A DNA stretch of 64,000 bases. Origin: Myxococcota bacterium (lineage in GTDB: Bacteria; Myxococcota_A; UBA796; GCA-2862545). The stretch covers positions 1-64,000 of the forward strand of contig JBCCQY010000016.1 in NCBI GenBank assembly GCA_039208735.1, read 5' to 3'. The notes beneath the pieces are model-generated. The model did no database searches. It saw nothing but the letters and a program-made list of their open reading frames with translations, and was not told the origin of the DNA. Position 1 is the stretch's first letter, and each line of letters opens with the position of its first letter. Made by a program: the position numbers and the translations under genes. Below, piece by piece: positions 18,889 through 29,477 of this stretch.

Positions 18889-19333
18889 GCTGTCCATCTT
18901 CGTGTTGAATGGCCCGAACCTCAACCTCCTCGGTCAACGCGAAGCCCAGTGGTACGGCACCACCGATCTGGCGACCATCGTGCGCGATCTCGATGCCCTG
19001 GCCAAGCCCCTCGGCGCGACACTGACCCATGCCCAGCACAACGGTGAAGGGGCGATGGTCGAGGCGATCCAACAGACGACGGCGGACGGCGCGGTGATCA
19101 ACGCAGCCGCCTACACCCACACCTCGATCGCACTACGCGATGCGCTGGCGGGGACGCAGCTGCCCTTCGTCGAAGTCCATCTGTCGAATGTCTACCGCCG
19201 CGAGTCCTTTCGGCACGTCTCTCGACTCGCCGACCTCGCAGTGGGCGTGGTCACAGGCTTCGGTCCGGACAGCTACCGACTGGGTCTCGAAGGCTTGGTT
19301 CGGCATCTCCGCCTTGCGGACGAGTCCGGCTGA
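18881..19333 (+). CDS. aroQ: Type II 3-dehydroquinate dehydratase
   Basis: Motifs LNGPNLNLLGQRE...YG, INAAAYTHTSIALRDA and EVHLSNVYRRESFR. Confidence 0.97.
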   Translation: MRELSIFVLNGPNLNLLGQREAQWYGTTDLATIVRDLDALAKPLGATLTHAQHNGEGAMVEAIQQTTADGAVINAAAYTHTSIALRDALAGTQLPFVEVHLSNVYRRESFRHVSRLADLAVGVVTGFGPDSYRLGLEGLVRHLRLADESG

Positions 19334-19399
19334 CCTGTTGCACCCCGAGGAGCCAACCGCTACCGTCACGGTTCCTCAAATCCGCCCCCCTGTGGAGCC

Positions 19400-19888
19400 A
19401 TGATGGATCTGGAAAAGATCGAGTCGCTGCTGAAGCTGCTTTCAAGCCACGAAGTCAGCGAATTTTCCTGGAAGGACGAAGAGCAGTCGCTCCGCCTTCG
19501 CATTGGGCCGCCGCCGGCTCCGGTCGCCGCCCCCGCAGCCTTTACGCCACCTTTGCAGGCCACGCCGGCCCCGGCCCCGGTGGCCATGCCGGTGGCAACA
19601 CCGGCCGCCCCCGCCGCGGAAGCGGCCGCCCCCGCAGCAGATTCGTCCCTCCATGACGTCGAGTCGCCCATGGTGGGCACGTTCTACCGGTCCCCGTCGC
19701 CCGATGCCGCGTCCTTCGTGGAGGTGGGCCAGACCGTGTCCAAGGGCCAGACCCTGTGCATCGTTGAAGCGATGAAGCTGATGAACGAGATCGAAGCCGA
19801 CGTCGCGGGCACCGTGGCCGAGATCTTGGTCGACAACGCCTCCCCGGTGCAGTTCGGCCAAACCCTCATCAAGATCCGGCCGTCCTGA
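19400..19888 (+). CDS. accB: Biotin carboxyl carrier protein
   Basis: Motifs SPMVGTFY and EAMKLMNEI, with an Ala/Pro linker. Confidence 0.97.
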   Translation: MMDLEKIESLLKLLSSHEVSEFSWKDEEQSLRLRIGPPPAPVAAPAAFTPPLQATPAPAPVAMPVATPAAPAAEAAAPAADSSLHDVESPMVGTFYRSPSPDAASFVEVGQTVSKGQTLCIVEAMKLMNEIEADVAGTVAEILVDNASPVQFGQTLIKIRPS

Positions 19889-21258
19889 TGAGCGAGGACA
19901 AGCCCCCGTTTGAAAAGGTCCTCATCGCGAATCGGGGCGAGATCGCGCTGCGCGTGATCCGGGCCTGCCGTGAACTCGGGATTCGCACCGTCGCCATCTA
20001 CAGCCAAGCGGACGCCGCCGCCCTGCACGTCCGCTTCGCCGACGAAGCCGTCTGCATCGGCCCCGCCCAGGCCTTGCAGTCCTATTTGCACCAGCCCGCC
20101 GTGCTCTCCGCGATGGAGATCACCGGGGCCGACGCCGTGCATCCTGGATACGGATTCCTCGCCGAAAACGCTGAATTTGCAGCCGCCGTGCGCGCGATGG
20201 GCCGAAGCTTCGTCGGCCCGTCGGTCGAACACCTGCGCATGTTTGGCGACAAGCTCTCCGCCAAGGAAGCGGCCCGACGCGCTGGCGTGCCCATGCTCGA
20301 AGGCAGCGGGGGCGCCCTGCAGTCCGTCGATGAGGCCCTCGCTGCGGCCGAGGTGGCGGGGTACCCCGTGATCTTGAAGGCCGCGGCCGGCGGTGGCGGC
20401 AAAGGCATGCGGGTGGTCGAGAGTCCCGACACGCTAGCCGACGCCTTCGCGCTGGCCCAGGCCGAATCGATGGCTGCGTTTGGGTCAGGCGAGGTGTTCC
20501 TCGAACGCTTCCTGCGACGTCCGCGTCACGTGGAAGTCCAGGTGGCCGGCGACGGCCGAGGCAAGGCGATTCACCTCGGGACCCGCGACTGCACGATGCA
20601 GCGTCGCCACCAGAAGCTCATCGAGGAAGCGCCCGCACCTGGTTTGTCGCCCGAACTTCGGGCTGCGATCACCGCCTCGGCGGCCGCCCTCATGGAGAAC
20701 GTCGGCTACCAGACCGTGGCCACCGTCGAGTACCTCGTCGAGGACGACGGGTTCTTCTTCCTCGAAGTGAACCCTCGGATCCAGGTGGAGCATCCCGTGA
20801 CGGAAGAAGTCACCGGGGTGAATCTGGTGGCGCTGCAACTGCAACTCGCGGCGGGACGGGGCTTGCCCTATGTCCAAGACGACATCAAGGTGGAGGGCCA
20901 CGCAATCGAAGTGCGCGTGAATGCCGAGAACCCGGACAATTTCCTGCCCTCTCCAGGCCTCGTGACCGGCTACCACGAGCCGGGGGGATTGGGAATCCGG
21001 GTCGATAGCGCGATTCACGAACAAGCGATGGTGCAGCCGTACTACGACTCCCTCGCCGCCAAGCTCATTGCTCGGGCCGAAGACCGCGAGCGTGCGGTCA
21101 AGCGCATCATCTGGGCGATGGACGAGTTCGTAGTTGAGGGCATCCTCACCACACTGCCCTTGCAGCGCGCACTGCTCTTGTCCGACGAGTTCACGAACGT
21201 GACCCACTGGACGCGCTTCATCGACGACCAGGTGCTCAAGCCCCCCAAGCAGGACTGA
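19888..21258 (+). CDS. accC: Biotin carboxylase
   Basis: Motifs LIANRGEIA, HPGYGFLAEN, GGGGKGM, QRRHQK and RIQVEHPVTE. Confidence 0.97.
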   Translation: MSEDKPPFEKVLIANRGEIALRVIRACRELGIRTVAIYSQADAAALHVRFADEAVCIGPAQALQSYLHQPAVLSAMEITGADAVHPGYGFLAENAEFAAAVRAMGRSFVGPSVEHLRMFGDKLSAKEAARRAGVPMLEGSGGALQSVDEALAAAEVAGYPVILKAAAGGGGKGMRVVESPDTLADAFALAQAESMAAFGSGEVFLERFLRRPRHVEVQVAGDGRGKAIHLGTRDCTMQRRHQKLIEEAPAPGLSPELRAAITASAAALMENVGYQTVATVEYLVEDDGFFFLEVNPRIQVEHPVTEEVTGVNLVALQLQLAAGRGLPYVQDDIKVEGHAIEVRVNAENPDNFLPSPGLVTGYHEPGGLGIRVDSAIHEQAMVQPYYDSLAAKLIARAEDRERAVKRIIWAMDEFVVEGILTTLPLQRALLLSDEFTNVTHWTRFIDDQVLKPPKQD

Positions 21259-21274
21259 CACCCGGGGAGCAAAC

Positions 21275-21937
21275 ATGTTGCCGAGCAGCTGGCAGCCCGT
21301 ATTGGGAGCCGAGACCGAGTCGTTGTACTTCTCGGCCCTCATGAACTTCGTTGAAAAGGAGCGGGCCGAAGGACCCGTGTACCCACCCACCGACCAGGTG
21401 TTCGCGGCGTTGGAGCACACGGCCTACGACGACGTCAAGGTGCTCTTGCTCGGGCAGGATCCCTACCACGGCAAAGGTCAGGCCCACGGGCTCTGCTTTT
21501 CCGTGCAGCCTGGGGTTCGTGTGCCCCCGTCGTTGCGCAACATGTACAAGGAGCTGAACACCGACCTGGACCTCCCCATCCCCAGCCACGGACACCTTAC
21601 GGCCTGGGCCGAGCAGGGCGTGTTGCTCCTCAACACGATTCTCACCGTGCGGGAGGCCACCCCGAAGTCCCATGCGGGCCAGGGCTGGGAGACGTTCACC
21701 GACGCGATCATTCGCGCGGTCAACGAAAAGTCCGATCGCGTGGTGTTCATGCTGTGGGGGGGGCCGGCCAAGAAGAAGAAATCCTTGGTCAAAGGGTCCC
21801 AGCACGTGGTGCTCACGAGCGCCCACCCTTCGCCCTTGTCCGCAAGAAACGGATTTTTCGGCAGTCGCCCCTTCAGCAAGGCCAACGAGGCCCTCATCGA
21901 GGCAGGGCGTGAGCCTGTGGACTGGTCGATCCGCTAG
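21275..21937 (+). CDS. ung: Uracil-DNA glycosylase family 1
   Basis: Motifs GQDPYHG, GVLLLNT and HPSPLS. Confidence 0.97.
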   Translation: MLPSSWQPVLGAETESLYFSALMNFVEKERAEGPVYPPTDQVFAALEHTAYDDVKVLLLGQDPYHGKGQAHGLCFSVQPGVRVPPSLRNMYKELNTDLDLPIPSHGHLTAWAEQGVLLLNTILTVREATPKSHAGQGWETFTDAIIRAVNEKSDRVVFMLWGGPAKKKKSLVKGSQHVVLTSAHPSPLSARNGFFGSRPFSKANEALIEAGREPVDWSIR

Positions 21938-24900
21938 AACAGTTCGCCGAGCGTGATGTGGAGGCGAACCGTTCCTTCACCCAGTTGGTTGCGCACGAAG
22001 CTCTGGGTCGCGGTCGGAACCAACAGGCCCAGCGCCTGGGGATTGAAGGCAAGATCGATCTGAATCGGGCCCACCGGCGTGTCCCGGCGGCCTCCAATCC
22101 CAAAGCTCCAGCGCAAGAAGGGATTGGCATTGCGCCAAGCGTCCATGCCATCGATGGAATCGCTGGTGACCGGAGGCAGATCGTCGGGCAGGTTGAGCAA
22201 CCAGACGTTGCCCACCTCCACGAACGCGGCCAACGAATAGCCGTCCCATGCGGTGGCTCCAAACGCCGGCAACGGCATCAACAACTCGGCGCCAAACACA
22301 GCCAAGGTGTCGCCTCCCGTGGGCACCCAGTCTCCCTCGTTGGGGTCGGGGTCTGCACCGAGCGCTGCGCGTAACAATGGCGCGGACTGCACGATCAGCC
22401 GGTCGCCGCGATTGTGAGGCCCGACGCCATGCCGACGGAACCCCCGCAGCGAACCGGTTCCGCCCAAGCGAAATCGATCTTCGAGGGGCGGGACCACCGC
22501 ATTGTCTTGCCTCGCATCGAGCGACGTGTCGGTGAGCATGCGGATGTAGCCAGCGCGGCCGGTCGTCTTCAGCAGGATGCCGCTTCGAGTCACCCGGCGA
22601 AAGCCCGAGAATCGCGCCTCTCCTTTTAGGAAGGAGGTCCGAACTCGATCGCCAAACCGAATCCCAGGGACGTACTCGCCATTGAGCGAAAGCAGCAGTC
22701 CTCTTGTGGGGTTGATGGGGTCGTTGCGCTGGTCCCACACAAACTGACCGGTCACCGTGCTCTGGTAGCGGCCCTGGAACGCGCCATCATCGTCTTCCCG
22801 AGGCGTCCAGGGCTCTCCTTCAAGCACGATGGCGGGTGCCACCTGAGAAAGACCCCGGAACTCGAGCCGGACGCCCGCGCCGATCTGAGTACGCTCGCGG
22901 CGTCCGAGGTTGGTGAGCACGCGAAGCCCGCCTCCCGTGCGCGTGAGCCGCCACGTCCGTTCCTGTCGCCAGTCTCGCAGCACCAGATCCGCCACGAAGT
23001 CCTGGGCTTTCAGCGGAAAGCGAGGTGCCGTGTACTCGAGCGAAGCCCGTAGTTCAGGCGGATTGAACGTCGACGCCAACGTGTCGAACTGCGGCCCTTG
23101 AAAGTCGACGCTCCCGAGCAGCTGGGCGCGAAGGCGATGCGTAAGGCCAAAGAGGTTCTCGCGGGTGCCGTTGAAGAGCAGCCGCAACCCTTGGTCTGTC
23201 GACACGCCCAACCCGGGCTCAAATCGCCACCGCGATTGTTCGCTGACCCGCACCAGCAGATCGCGGTTGACCTCGTCCCCCACCGCCTGCAGCACGACCG
23301 CCTTAAACGCGCCAAGGCCGTACAGATCGTTGCGAACGTCTTCGAGATTGCGCGGCGGCTCCTTGTCGCCGGAGGGCGTGGGCGATGCCGTGGCGCGAAG
23401 GGGCTGGCCGGCTTTCAGGTCGATCGTGTTGACGATGACCCCGCGTTTGGTCCGTCGACGACCCTGGGTGGCGATGCTGCGCAACAGCACTCGGGGACCT
23501 GGATCGACCGTGATGACGGTCTGCCGACGGCGTTCCGCCACCTCGGTGCTGACCACCCGTGCTTCGGCTTCGAGGTAGCCCTCGGCTTGGTGCGCGACGA
23601 CGAGAAGCTCCCGCAGCGCCTCGATCCGCTGGGGGGAGAAGGGGCCACCGACCAAGCGATCTTGTACTGAACCGCCCAGGATGACCACGGCCCACCGCTC
23701 GATGTCTTCATCGGACAGCTCGCGAGGATGGGTTTTGCCCAAGGCTTGGTCAAGGTAGTCCCGAGCGCGGTCCACCACCTCTTCGGCCAAGTTCTCGATC
23801 CGCAGGTCCGCGAGTTCGGTGACCGGACCTTGGGTCACAACGATGCGGGGTCGGATCTTGCGGCGAGGTTCCTCTCCGCGAAGCCGAGCCAAGAATGCCG
23901 CAAAGCTACGACGGGCTCGGATTTCGGGCTCCAGCACCGTGACCTCGGCGTCGAGGTGGCCCCGTTTGACGAAGAACTGCCGAGCCTGGTTGCGCCCGGC
24001 CTCCATGGCTTCCTTCGTGTAGTGGTGGCGGCCCAACACATCGGGGGACGCCAGGAAGAACAGCGCCTGCAAATCTCGTTCGAGGCGACTGGTCCGCCCC
24101 TTGGCATCGGTGATGTCGAAGTCGAGTTCGATGCCCGCGTGCGAACTTCCCAAACGGTGAGGGAACGGCAGGCGGGGGCCGATGGTGTGCTTGGAGCCTC
24201 GATTTGCGGTGACGCGAAGCGTGTTGACGGTCGGGGTTTCTTCGAGTTCCACCTCGACGTCCGCCGCATACCAACTCCGCTCCTGCAGGTAGCGAGTCAC
24301 CGCTTCAGGCGCTTGGTCCAAAAACCCCCGGGTGAGTCGAAGCCGATCATCGATGGAGAGCGCGCGACGAACGTCGCGGAAGCTGATTCCATTGGCCTCG
24401 ACCTCGAGACGGGCCCCGGGCTCGATGGTCACCGTGATCTGTTTGGAGCCCACCGGACCGGCGGCCAGGGTGATCACTCGCGCCTCGACCAGCCCGCGGG
24501 TCTTGCGAAACGCGGAACGCTGCACCGAGCCAAGGCGACGCTTGATTCGTTCCCGCGTATCTTTCAGCGAGGCATTGACGAGAGGCTTGCCCACTTCGAG
24601 GCCACTCCGCTTGGCCCAGCGCCGAAGCTGCTTCTCGCTCACCCGCGCTTGGGAGAGGTCGCCCACGAAGACGATCGACTCCACGATGTCGGGCAGCCCT
24701 TCCTCGACGGCAAGGTTGACGAACTCCAGCCCGGGCTCCGGGGCCGTGGCCCGAACCGAAACGCGCGCTTCGGGGTAGCCTTGCCGGGCGAGCCAGTTCT
24801 CGAGCCGTTCGGCAACGGGTGGACCGTCGAGATCGGCGTAGAACTCCTGCCCATCCACCAGCCCCGATACGTCAAGCAGCTCCCGATCCGAGAACGCCTT

Positions 24901-25254
24901 GTTCTGTTGGATGGTGATGCGGGCGATTTCAGGCGCCCCGTAGACCTCGTAGGTGAGTTGAACGGCCGTGCGGGTGGTGCCGTCGGCGCCCACCAGGGGC
25001 CACGGCTGAACGCTGGCCTCCACCGCGCGAAAGTTCCCCACTCGGTAGAGGGTGGCGAGGTCGGCCTGAATTGCCGCCGGGTCGAGCGGCTGGCCCTCCT
25101 TGACGCGTAACAGGGGTTCAAGGTCCTCTTCGGGCAGTGAACCATCTCGGGCCTGCATCTCGACGTCCGCCAACACGACCCCCCGCCACCACGCCGGGGC
25201 CGGGTCTTCGAACTCAGGTGCCGCAAACGCGATGGCGATCCACCCCAACAACAT
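21934..25254 (-). CDS. tamA: Omp85 family TamA/BamA-like protein (multiple POTRA domains plus barrel)
   Basis: Repeated POTRA patterns (GYPEARV, GHLDAEV, GYLEAEA), RFRLGGTGSLRGF, TPVGPIQIDLA and terminal F. Adjacent to tamB. Confidence 0.85.
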   Translation of the reverse strand: MLLGWIAIAFAAPEFEDPAPAWWRGVVLADVEMQARDGSLPEEDLEPLLRVKEGQPLDPAAIQADLATLYRVGNFRAVEASVQPWPLVGADGTTRTAVQLTYEVYGAPEIARITIQQNKAFSDRELLDVSGLVDGQEFYADLDGPPVAERLENWLARQGYPEARVSVRATAPEPGLEFVNLAVEEGLPDIVESIVFVGDLSQARVSEKQLRRWAKRSGLEVGKPLVNASLKDTRERIKRRLGSVQRSAFRKTRGLVEARVITLAAGPVGSKQITVTIEPGARLEVEANGISFRDVRRALSIDDRLRLTRGFLDQAPEAVTRYLQERSWYAADVEVELEETPTVNTLRVTANRGSKHTIGPRLPFPHRLGSSHAGIELDFDITDAKGRTSRLERDLQALFFLASPDVLGRHHYTKEAMEAGRNQARQFFVKRGHLDAEVTVLEPEIRARRSFAAFLARLRGEEPRRKIRPRIVVTQGPVTELADLRIENLAEEVVDRARDYLDQALGKTHPRELSDEDIERWAVVILGGSVQDRLVGGPFSPQRIEALRELLVVAHQAEGYLEAEARVVSTEVAERRRQTVITVDPGPRVLLRSIATQGRRRTKRGVIVNTIDLKAGQPLRATASPTPSGDKEPPRNLEDVRNDLYGLGAFKAVVLQAVGDEVNRDLLVRVSEQSRWRFEPGLGVSTDQGLRLLFNGTRENLFGLTHRLRAQLLGSVDFQGPQFDTLASTFNPPELRASLEYTAPRFPLKAQDFVADLVLRDWRQERTWRLTRTGGGLRVLTNLGRRERTQIGAGVRLEFRGLSQVAPAIVLEGEPWTPREDDDGAFQGRYQSTVTGQFVWDQRNDPINPTRGLLLSLNGEYVPGIRFGDRVRTSFLKGEARFSGFRRVTRSGILLKTTGRAGYIRMLTDTSLDARQDNAVVPPLEDRFRLGGTGSLRGFRRHGVGPHNRGDRLIVQSAPLLRAALGADPDPNEGDWVPTGGDTLAVFGAELLMPLPAFGATAWDGYSLAAFVEVGNVWLLNLPDDLPPVTSDSIDGMDAWRNANPFLRWSFGIGGRRDTPVGPIQIDLAFNPQALGLLVPTATQSFVRNQLGEGTVRLHITLGELF

Positions 25255-25291
25255 CGCGTTCGTCACTTCCTCCGGAGGGTGCGCGGCGGAC

Positions 25292-28200
25292 TTATTCAAT
25301 CTCCAGCTGCGCGCTCACGTCGAGCCCATAGGACCCGCCAATCGACAGCACACGGTCCCGCTGGAGCGTCGAATACCAGCCCGAGAGGCTCCACGCCCCA
25401 CCGATCCGCTTGCCGAGCGAGAAGTAGGTGTCACGGCTACGGAGGTTGAAGTCCGCGCGGAAGTCGAGATCGCCCAATTCGCGGATGCGTTTGTCGACCA
25501 CCAGGCGAGGATCGCTTGAGTAGTCGCCCCACGAGTTCACCCCGGTCACCAGATCGATCCGATCGGGCTGCAGGATGTCGGGAAGCTCGGTCCCGAACAC
25601 CCCGGAACGCCCCCCAGACACGAGCCCCGTCACGAGAAGGTCGGACAGCGCAATGACCGCCGCCGACACCGAGCCTTGGGCCTGTTGCAGCTCGTCGAGG
25701 GTCACGCCGTACCACAACAGCACATTGACGTCGGACTGGGGTAGCGGAGGATCGCTGCTCGCGGTGCTTGTCCAGTCTGAGAAAGGACCATTGACCCGGT
25801 AATTGATGCGGTAGAGCTGCCCTTGGCTGTTCACGTCGGTCTGAAGGGCAATGTCGAGCTGAGGGTCCCAAGTCCACGGGTCGTTGAACAGCAGATTCCC
25901 GCGGTCAATGCGGAATTCACGGTCCTGCAAGAAGGCCAACCCTTCGTGGACGGTGACCGTCCCCACAAGCCCCGGCCGATTGGTGTCGCCGATGATGCGC
26001 AAATCTGCGCTGCCCACGCCCTCGGCAACGTTGTTTTCCATTCGAATCGTGTGGTCGGCGGCAATGGCGACGTTCAGATTGAACAGGCTTGCGGTATCGG
26101 GAGGGGCTGCGTCCGCCAGCAACGAGGTGGACAGCTCGAACAGCCAGCTCTCCCAGTCGATCCGGTCGGACCAGGTCATGTCGGTGACCTCGATGTCGCC
26201 TGCCATCAGCAATTGGTCGGTCGGGCCGTCGAAGGTGAACGTCCCATTGCCAATCGCCGGGGGCAGCGTGTCGACCCACTGCACCTGTGCGTCCCGGGCG
26301 TTCATCTCGAGGTCGTAGCGAACCGGCCACCAATCCTTGCTCTCGATGCTTCCCTCAACGGTGAAGCTGCCTCCGCCGAGGCCGGCCTCCAGCAACCCGA
26401 TGGTCACACCATCTTGGGTCACCTCGACCTCTCCCTTGACGTCCTCAAATGACAACGGAGCGCTGTCGTGACGCAGCAGGCTCGCATCGAAGGTGACGTC
26501 AGCCACCGCGTCGAGGTTCGGAGGGGCACCGAGCGCTTTGAACTTCACGTCGGCCCGTCCCGCCGCGCGGCTCAACCCAGGAACCACCGCCCTCAGCAGG
26601 TCGAGGTCCATGTAGCCCTCACCCAGGAGCAAGAGTTCCTCATCGCGGGTGGCGCCAAGGTTGAACTTGGTCGAAGGGAGTTCCACATTCGCGGTGCGAA
26701 GGTTGAAGTTCTCGAGCTGGTAGCGGTCGCCACGTTGGGCGAAACGCCAACTCCCTTCCTCGTTGCGTAGCGTGTGCCCGGCATAGCGGACGTCGACGTG
26801 CGGCAACAGCACATCGATGTGCTCGGGCCCGTCCTCGGCGAGCGAGCCCTTGACCGCCACGCGACCGGACGCTTCGGCTCGGATGGGCGTGCCATCCGCA
26901 CCCGTCGGGTAGAGCAGGTGGGCGGGCACATTCACAAGCTTGGCGCCAATGTCGTAGGGCTGCCGCTCCCACCAGCCAAACGTGGAACCGCGTTCAAGGG
27001 TCACCGCGCCCCCGATGAGCGAACCCGACAGGGCGGCCCCCCCCTCTTCGGTATCGAACTCCACCCACGAGTCCTCGACCGGCTCTCCGGCGTACCGTAC
27101 GTCGGTCACCCAGATGCGCCCGTCGGGCGACGGGTCGAACAGGGTGTTGGTGATGCGCGACCGCAGGGCAATCCGACCCGACAGCGGCAGCTCCGTATCG
27201 GCGAGCCGATCGAGGTTCTCAAGACGCAGCCCATCGCCGATGAGCTGCATGTCGAGCGCCCACTTGCGGTCGACCGACCCCCGCAGGGTCAAGCCGGCTT
27301 TGCCGCCATCACGTCGAAGACGAAGATCATCGAGGGTGAACCGTCCGTCATCGAGGTAGCCCTTAGCCGAGCCCGACGGAAACTGTTCGCCGTACAGCGC
27401 GACATCCGACAGCTGAAGCCGACTCTCGCCCTCGAGGTGGTACAGCGGCCCATCGAACACGAGCGAACCCTCAACCAAGTCGCCCACAAGCCCGCCATCG
27501 AGGTCGATAAACATGCCGACCACATCCTCGATGCGGCCCTCGTCGAACGTGATGTCGGTCGACATCGAAAGCGGAGGCCGAAAGTCGATGGCGTAGCGCC
27601 CTCGGTAGGTGGTGTTGCCCACGCGCGCCGTGGCCTCTTCGAGGTGCAGCGACTTCATGTCGGGCGAGCGGACCTTCGCGATCAGCTCATCGGCGTAGGG
27701 CACGCCGAGCACCTCAAAGTCCCAAAGGTGACCTTCTCCTTCAACCTGCAATCCGTTGAACGGCCCCCAGATTTGCCCCGAGACCTGCCCTTGCCCCTTC
27801 AGGTTGGTCTTCGCCAACGGCTGGAAGTCTTCGAGGTCCGCTCCCCAGAGGTCGAACCGCAAGTCGAGCGGCCCCCGAGGGCCCAGACCAATCTCGACGA
27901 GCGCACTGCCCTGATTGCGTGGTGCCCGCACGATGGGGGCATCGAGGGTCACCTTCTTCTGCTCGAACAGCAGCTGACCGCTCGCGTGGGCGTAGGGAAT
28001 GGCGAGCAGTCGTGCGGCGGCGGGATTCGCGATGGGTCGGTCTCCGACCTCAAGCGTTGCGACTGCGAAGTCGAAGGGTCCCTCGAGGCGGAGCGGCTTG
28101 AGGGTGCCCGTGAACGACACCTCCGCATCCATGCTCATGTTGACCCACGGCGTGGGCGCGGCATCGAAGTCCACGAGCAAATCGGCAAGCTTCATCCGGT

Positions 28201-29404
28201 CGCCGATCGCGTGCCCGTCCACCACCGTGCCGTCGGGCAGCACCAACGCCCACAGCTTGACCGAACCGTCCCCGCGCTCCCAGATCGCTTCTTCGACGTG
28301 AATGCCGTCCTTGCGAGCGGTGGCCACAAGCCGCACGTCACCGACCCGATGGCGAAGCACCGGTCGCAACACCCCCGCGACCTGCACCTCGAGATCGTCG
28401 ACCGCGCCCACCACGAGCAGCCGGGGATCCGTCGCATCGCCCTCGAGCCGCAGGTCAACGTCCACCGCTCCCTCGACCTCTCGGGGCTCCGAAAGCCAAG
28501 GCTGGAACTGCTCGAGCTGAACGCGCGCGGTCAGGTCGGTATCGAAGTTCCCCTCTCGCCAAGCGAGCGTGCCCCACGTCGAGAGCATGGGTAGGTCGAT
28601 GCCGAATCGGGGCACGACCACTTGATCGCCTCCGATGATCGCGCCTGGCCATTCCATGTGGGTCGACCCGGCCACGTCCCGCACGCGGTAGTCGAAGTCC
28701 GCTCGAATGTCGGCCCGACCCCCGAACTTTGGTTCGACCCAGAGGTCTTCAATGCGAACGAACCCTTCGGGATGATCCAAACGAAAGGACGCTCCGTCGA
28801 CGCGCAAACCGGTGAAGGGCAAACGTCGCAACGGACGGGGGTTGTCGTTTGGCGGCCTATCGCAATCCGCGAACTCGACGAGACGGCCTCGTTCGTCCAG
28901 ATGCAGGGCGACATCGAGTCCTTCGACAAAGAGCCGACCAAGGCCAAATCCCGACCAGCCCACGCGGACGGGAGCCCGCAACCTTTGCGCCGCGAGAATG
29001 GTTTGGCCCGAATCACGCTCGGTCACCGCCACATCGACGGCCGTGGCTCCGGGTGGCCACACCGAGAGGTTGACCCGTGCGACCGTCACGTCTTCGCACA
29101 GGGCGTCACTCGCTGCGGCTTCGATGAGCCGCTTCACGCGCTGCTGGAAGTCGTCGGAACGGCTGTAGCCAAAGACGACGACGAACAACAACAACAGGGT
29201 ACCGCCAACCGCCTGCAGGCCCCGCCGCGTCCACACGAGCACCCACGCCCAACGCAGCATTCGGACTGGCGCATCCAGCACACTCGACTCTTCGGGAGCA
29301 CCGAACGCTCCGTCATCATCCAGCTGGCTTGGTCGATTCACCTTGCTGTGTGAGGGATCGTCGGGACGCTCGACGTCGTCGGTGTCGTTGCCTCGATCGT
29401 CCAT
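25292..29404 (-). CDS. tamB: Translocation and assembly module TamB (AsmA-like, DUF490 C-terminus)
   Basis: About 1370 aa with one N-terminal TM and beta-taco repeats. C-terminus ADLRIIGDTNRPGLVG...DPQLDI...SDPPLPQSDV. Confidence 0.85.
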   Translation of the reverse strand: MDDRGNDTDDVERPDDPSHSKVNRPSQLDDDGAFGAPEESSVLDAPVRMLRWAWVLVWTRRGLQAVGGTLLLLFVVVFGYSRSDDFQQRVKRLIEAAASDALCEDVTVARVNLSVWPPGATAVDVAVTERDSGQTILAAQRLRAPVRVGWSGFGLGRLFVEGLDVALHLDERGRLVEFADCDRPPNDNPRPLRRLPFTGLRVDGASFRLDHPEGFVRIEDLWVEPKFGGRADIRADFDYRVRDVAGSTHMEWPGAIIGGDQVVVPRFGIDLPMLSTWGTLAWREGNFDTDLTARVQLEQFQPWLSEPREVEGAVDVDLRLEGDATDPRLLVVGAVDDLEVQVAGVLRPVLRHRVGDVRLVATARKDGIHVEEAIWERGDGSVKLWALVLPDGTVVDGHAIGDRMKLADLLVDFDAAPTPWVNMSMDAEVSFTGTLKPLRLEGPFDFAVATLEVGDRPIANPAAARLLAIPYAHASGQLLFEQKKVTLDAPIVRAPRNQGSALVEIGLGPRGPLDLRFDLWGADLEDFQPLAKTNLKGQGQVSGQIWGPFNGLQVEGEGHLWDFEVLGVPYADELIAKVRSPDMKSLHLEEATARVGNTTYRGRYAIDFRPPLSMSTDITFDEGRIEDVVGMFIDLDGGLVGDLVEGSLVFDGPLYHLEGESRLQLSDVALYGEQFPSGSAKGYLDDGRFTLDDLRLRRDGGKAGLTLRGSVDRKWALDMQLIGDGLRLENLDRLADTELPLSGRIALRSRITNTLFDPSPDGRIWVTDVRYAGEPVEDSWVEFDTEEGGAALSGSLIGGAVTLERGSTFGWWERQPYDIGAKLVNVPAHLLYPTGADGTPIRAEASGRVAVKGSLAEDGPEHIDVLLPHVDVRYAGHTLRNEEGSWRFAQRGDRYQLENFNLRTANVELPSTKFNLGATRDEELLLLGEGYMDLDLLRAVVPGLSRAAGRADVKFKALGAPPNLDAVADVTFDASLLRHDSAPLSFEDVKGEVEVTQDGVTIGLLEAGLGGGSFTVEGSIESKDWWPVRYDLEMNARDAQVQWVDTLPPAIGNGTFTFDGPTDQLLMAGDIEVTDMTWSDRIDWESWLFELSTSLLADAAPPDTASLFNLNVAIAADHTIRMENNVAEGVGSADLRIIGDTNRPGLVGTVTVHEGLAFLQDREFRIDRGNLLFNDPWTWDPQLDIALQTDVNSQGQLYRINYRVNGPFSDWTSTASSDPPLPQSDVNVLLWYGVTLDELQQAQGSVSAAVIALSDLLVTGLVSGGRSGVFGTELPDILQPDRIDLVTGVNSWGDYSSDPRLVVDKRIRELGDLDFRADFNLRSRDTYFSLGKRIGGAWSLSGWYSTLQRDRVLSIGGSYGLDVSAQLEIE

Positions 29405-29477
29405 GGCCTGCCCGGTTGTGGTCTCGTATCCGTTTGACGGCGCGTGGACGCAACCGAGACCCCCAACGTGATAAGAA

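Noticed and set aside
26774..28594. 606-aa plus-strand ORF (similarly 46323..48263, 53126..54868, 61301..62446)
   Set aside because: They are antisense to tamB, CHAT, ileS and rel, have no motifs, and are expected from stop-codon scarcity at high GC.
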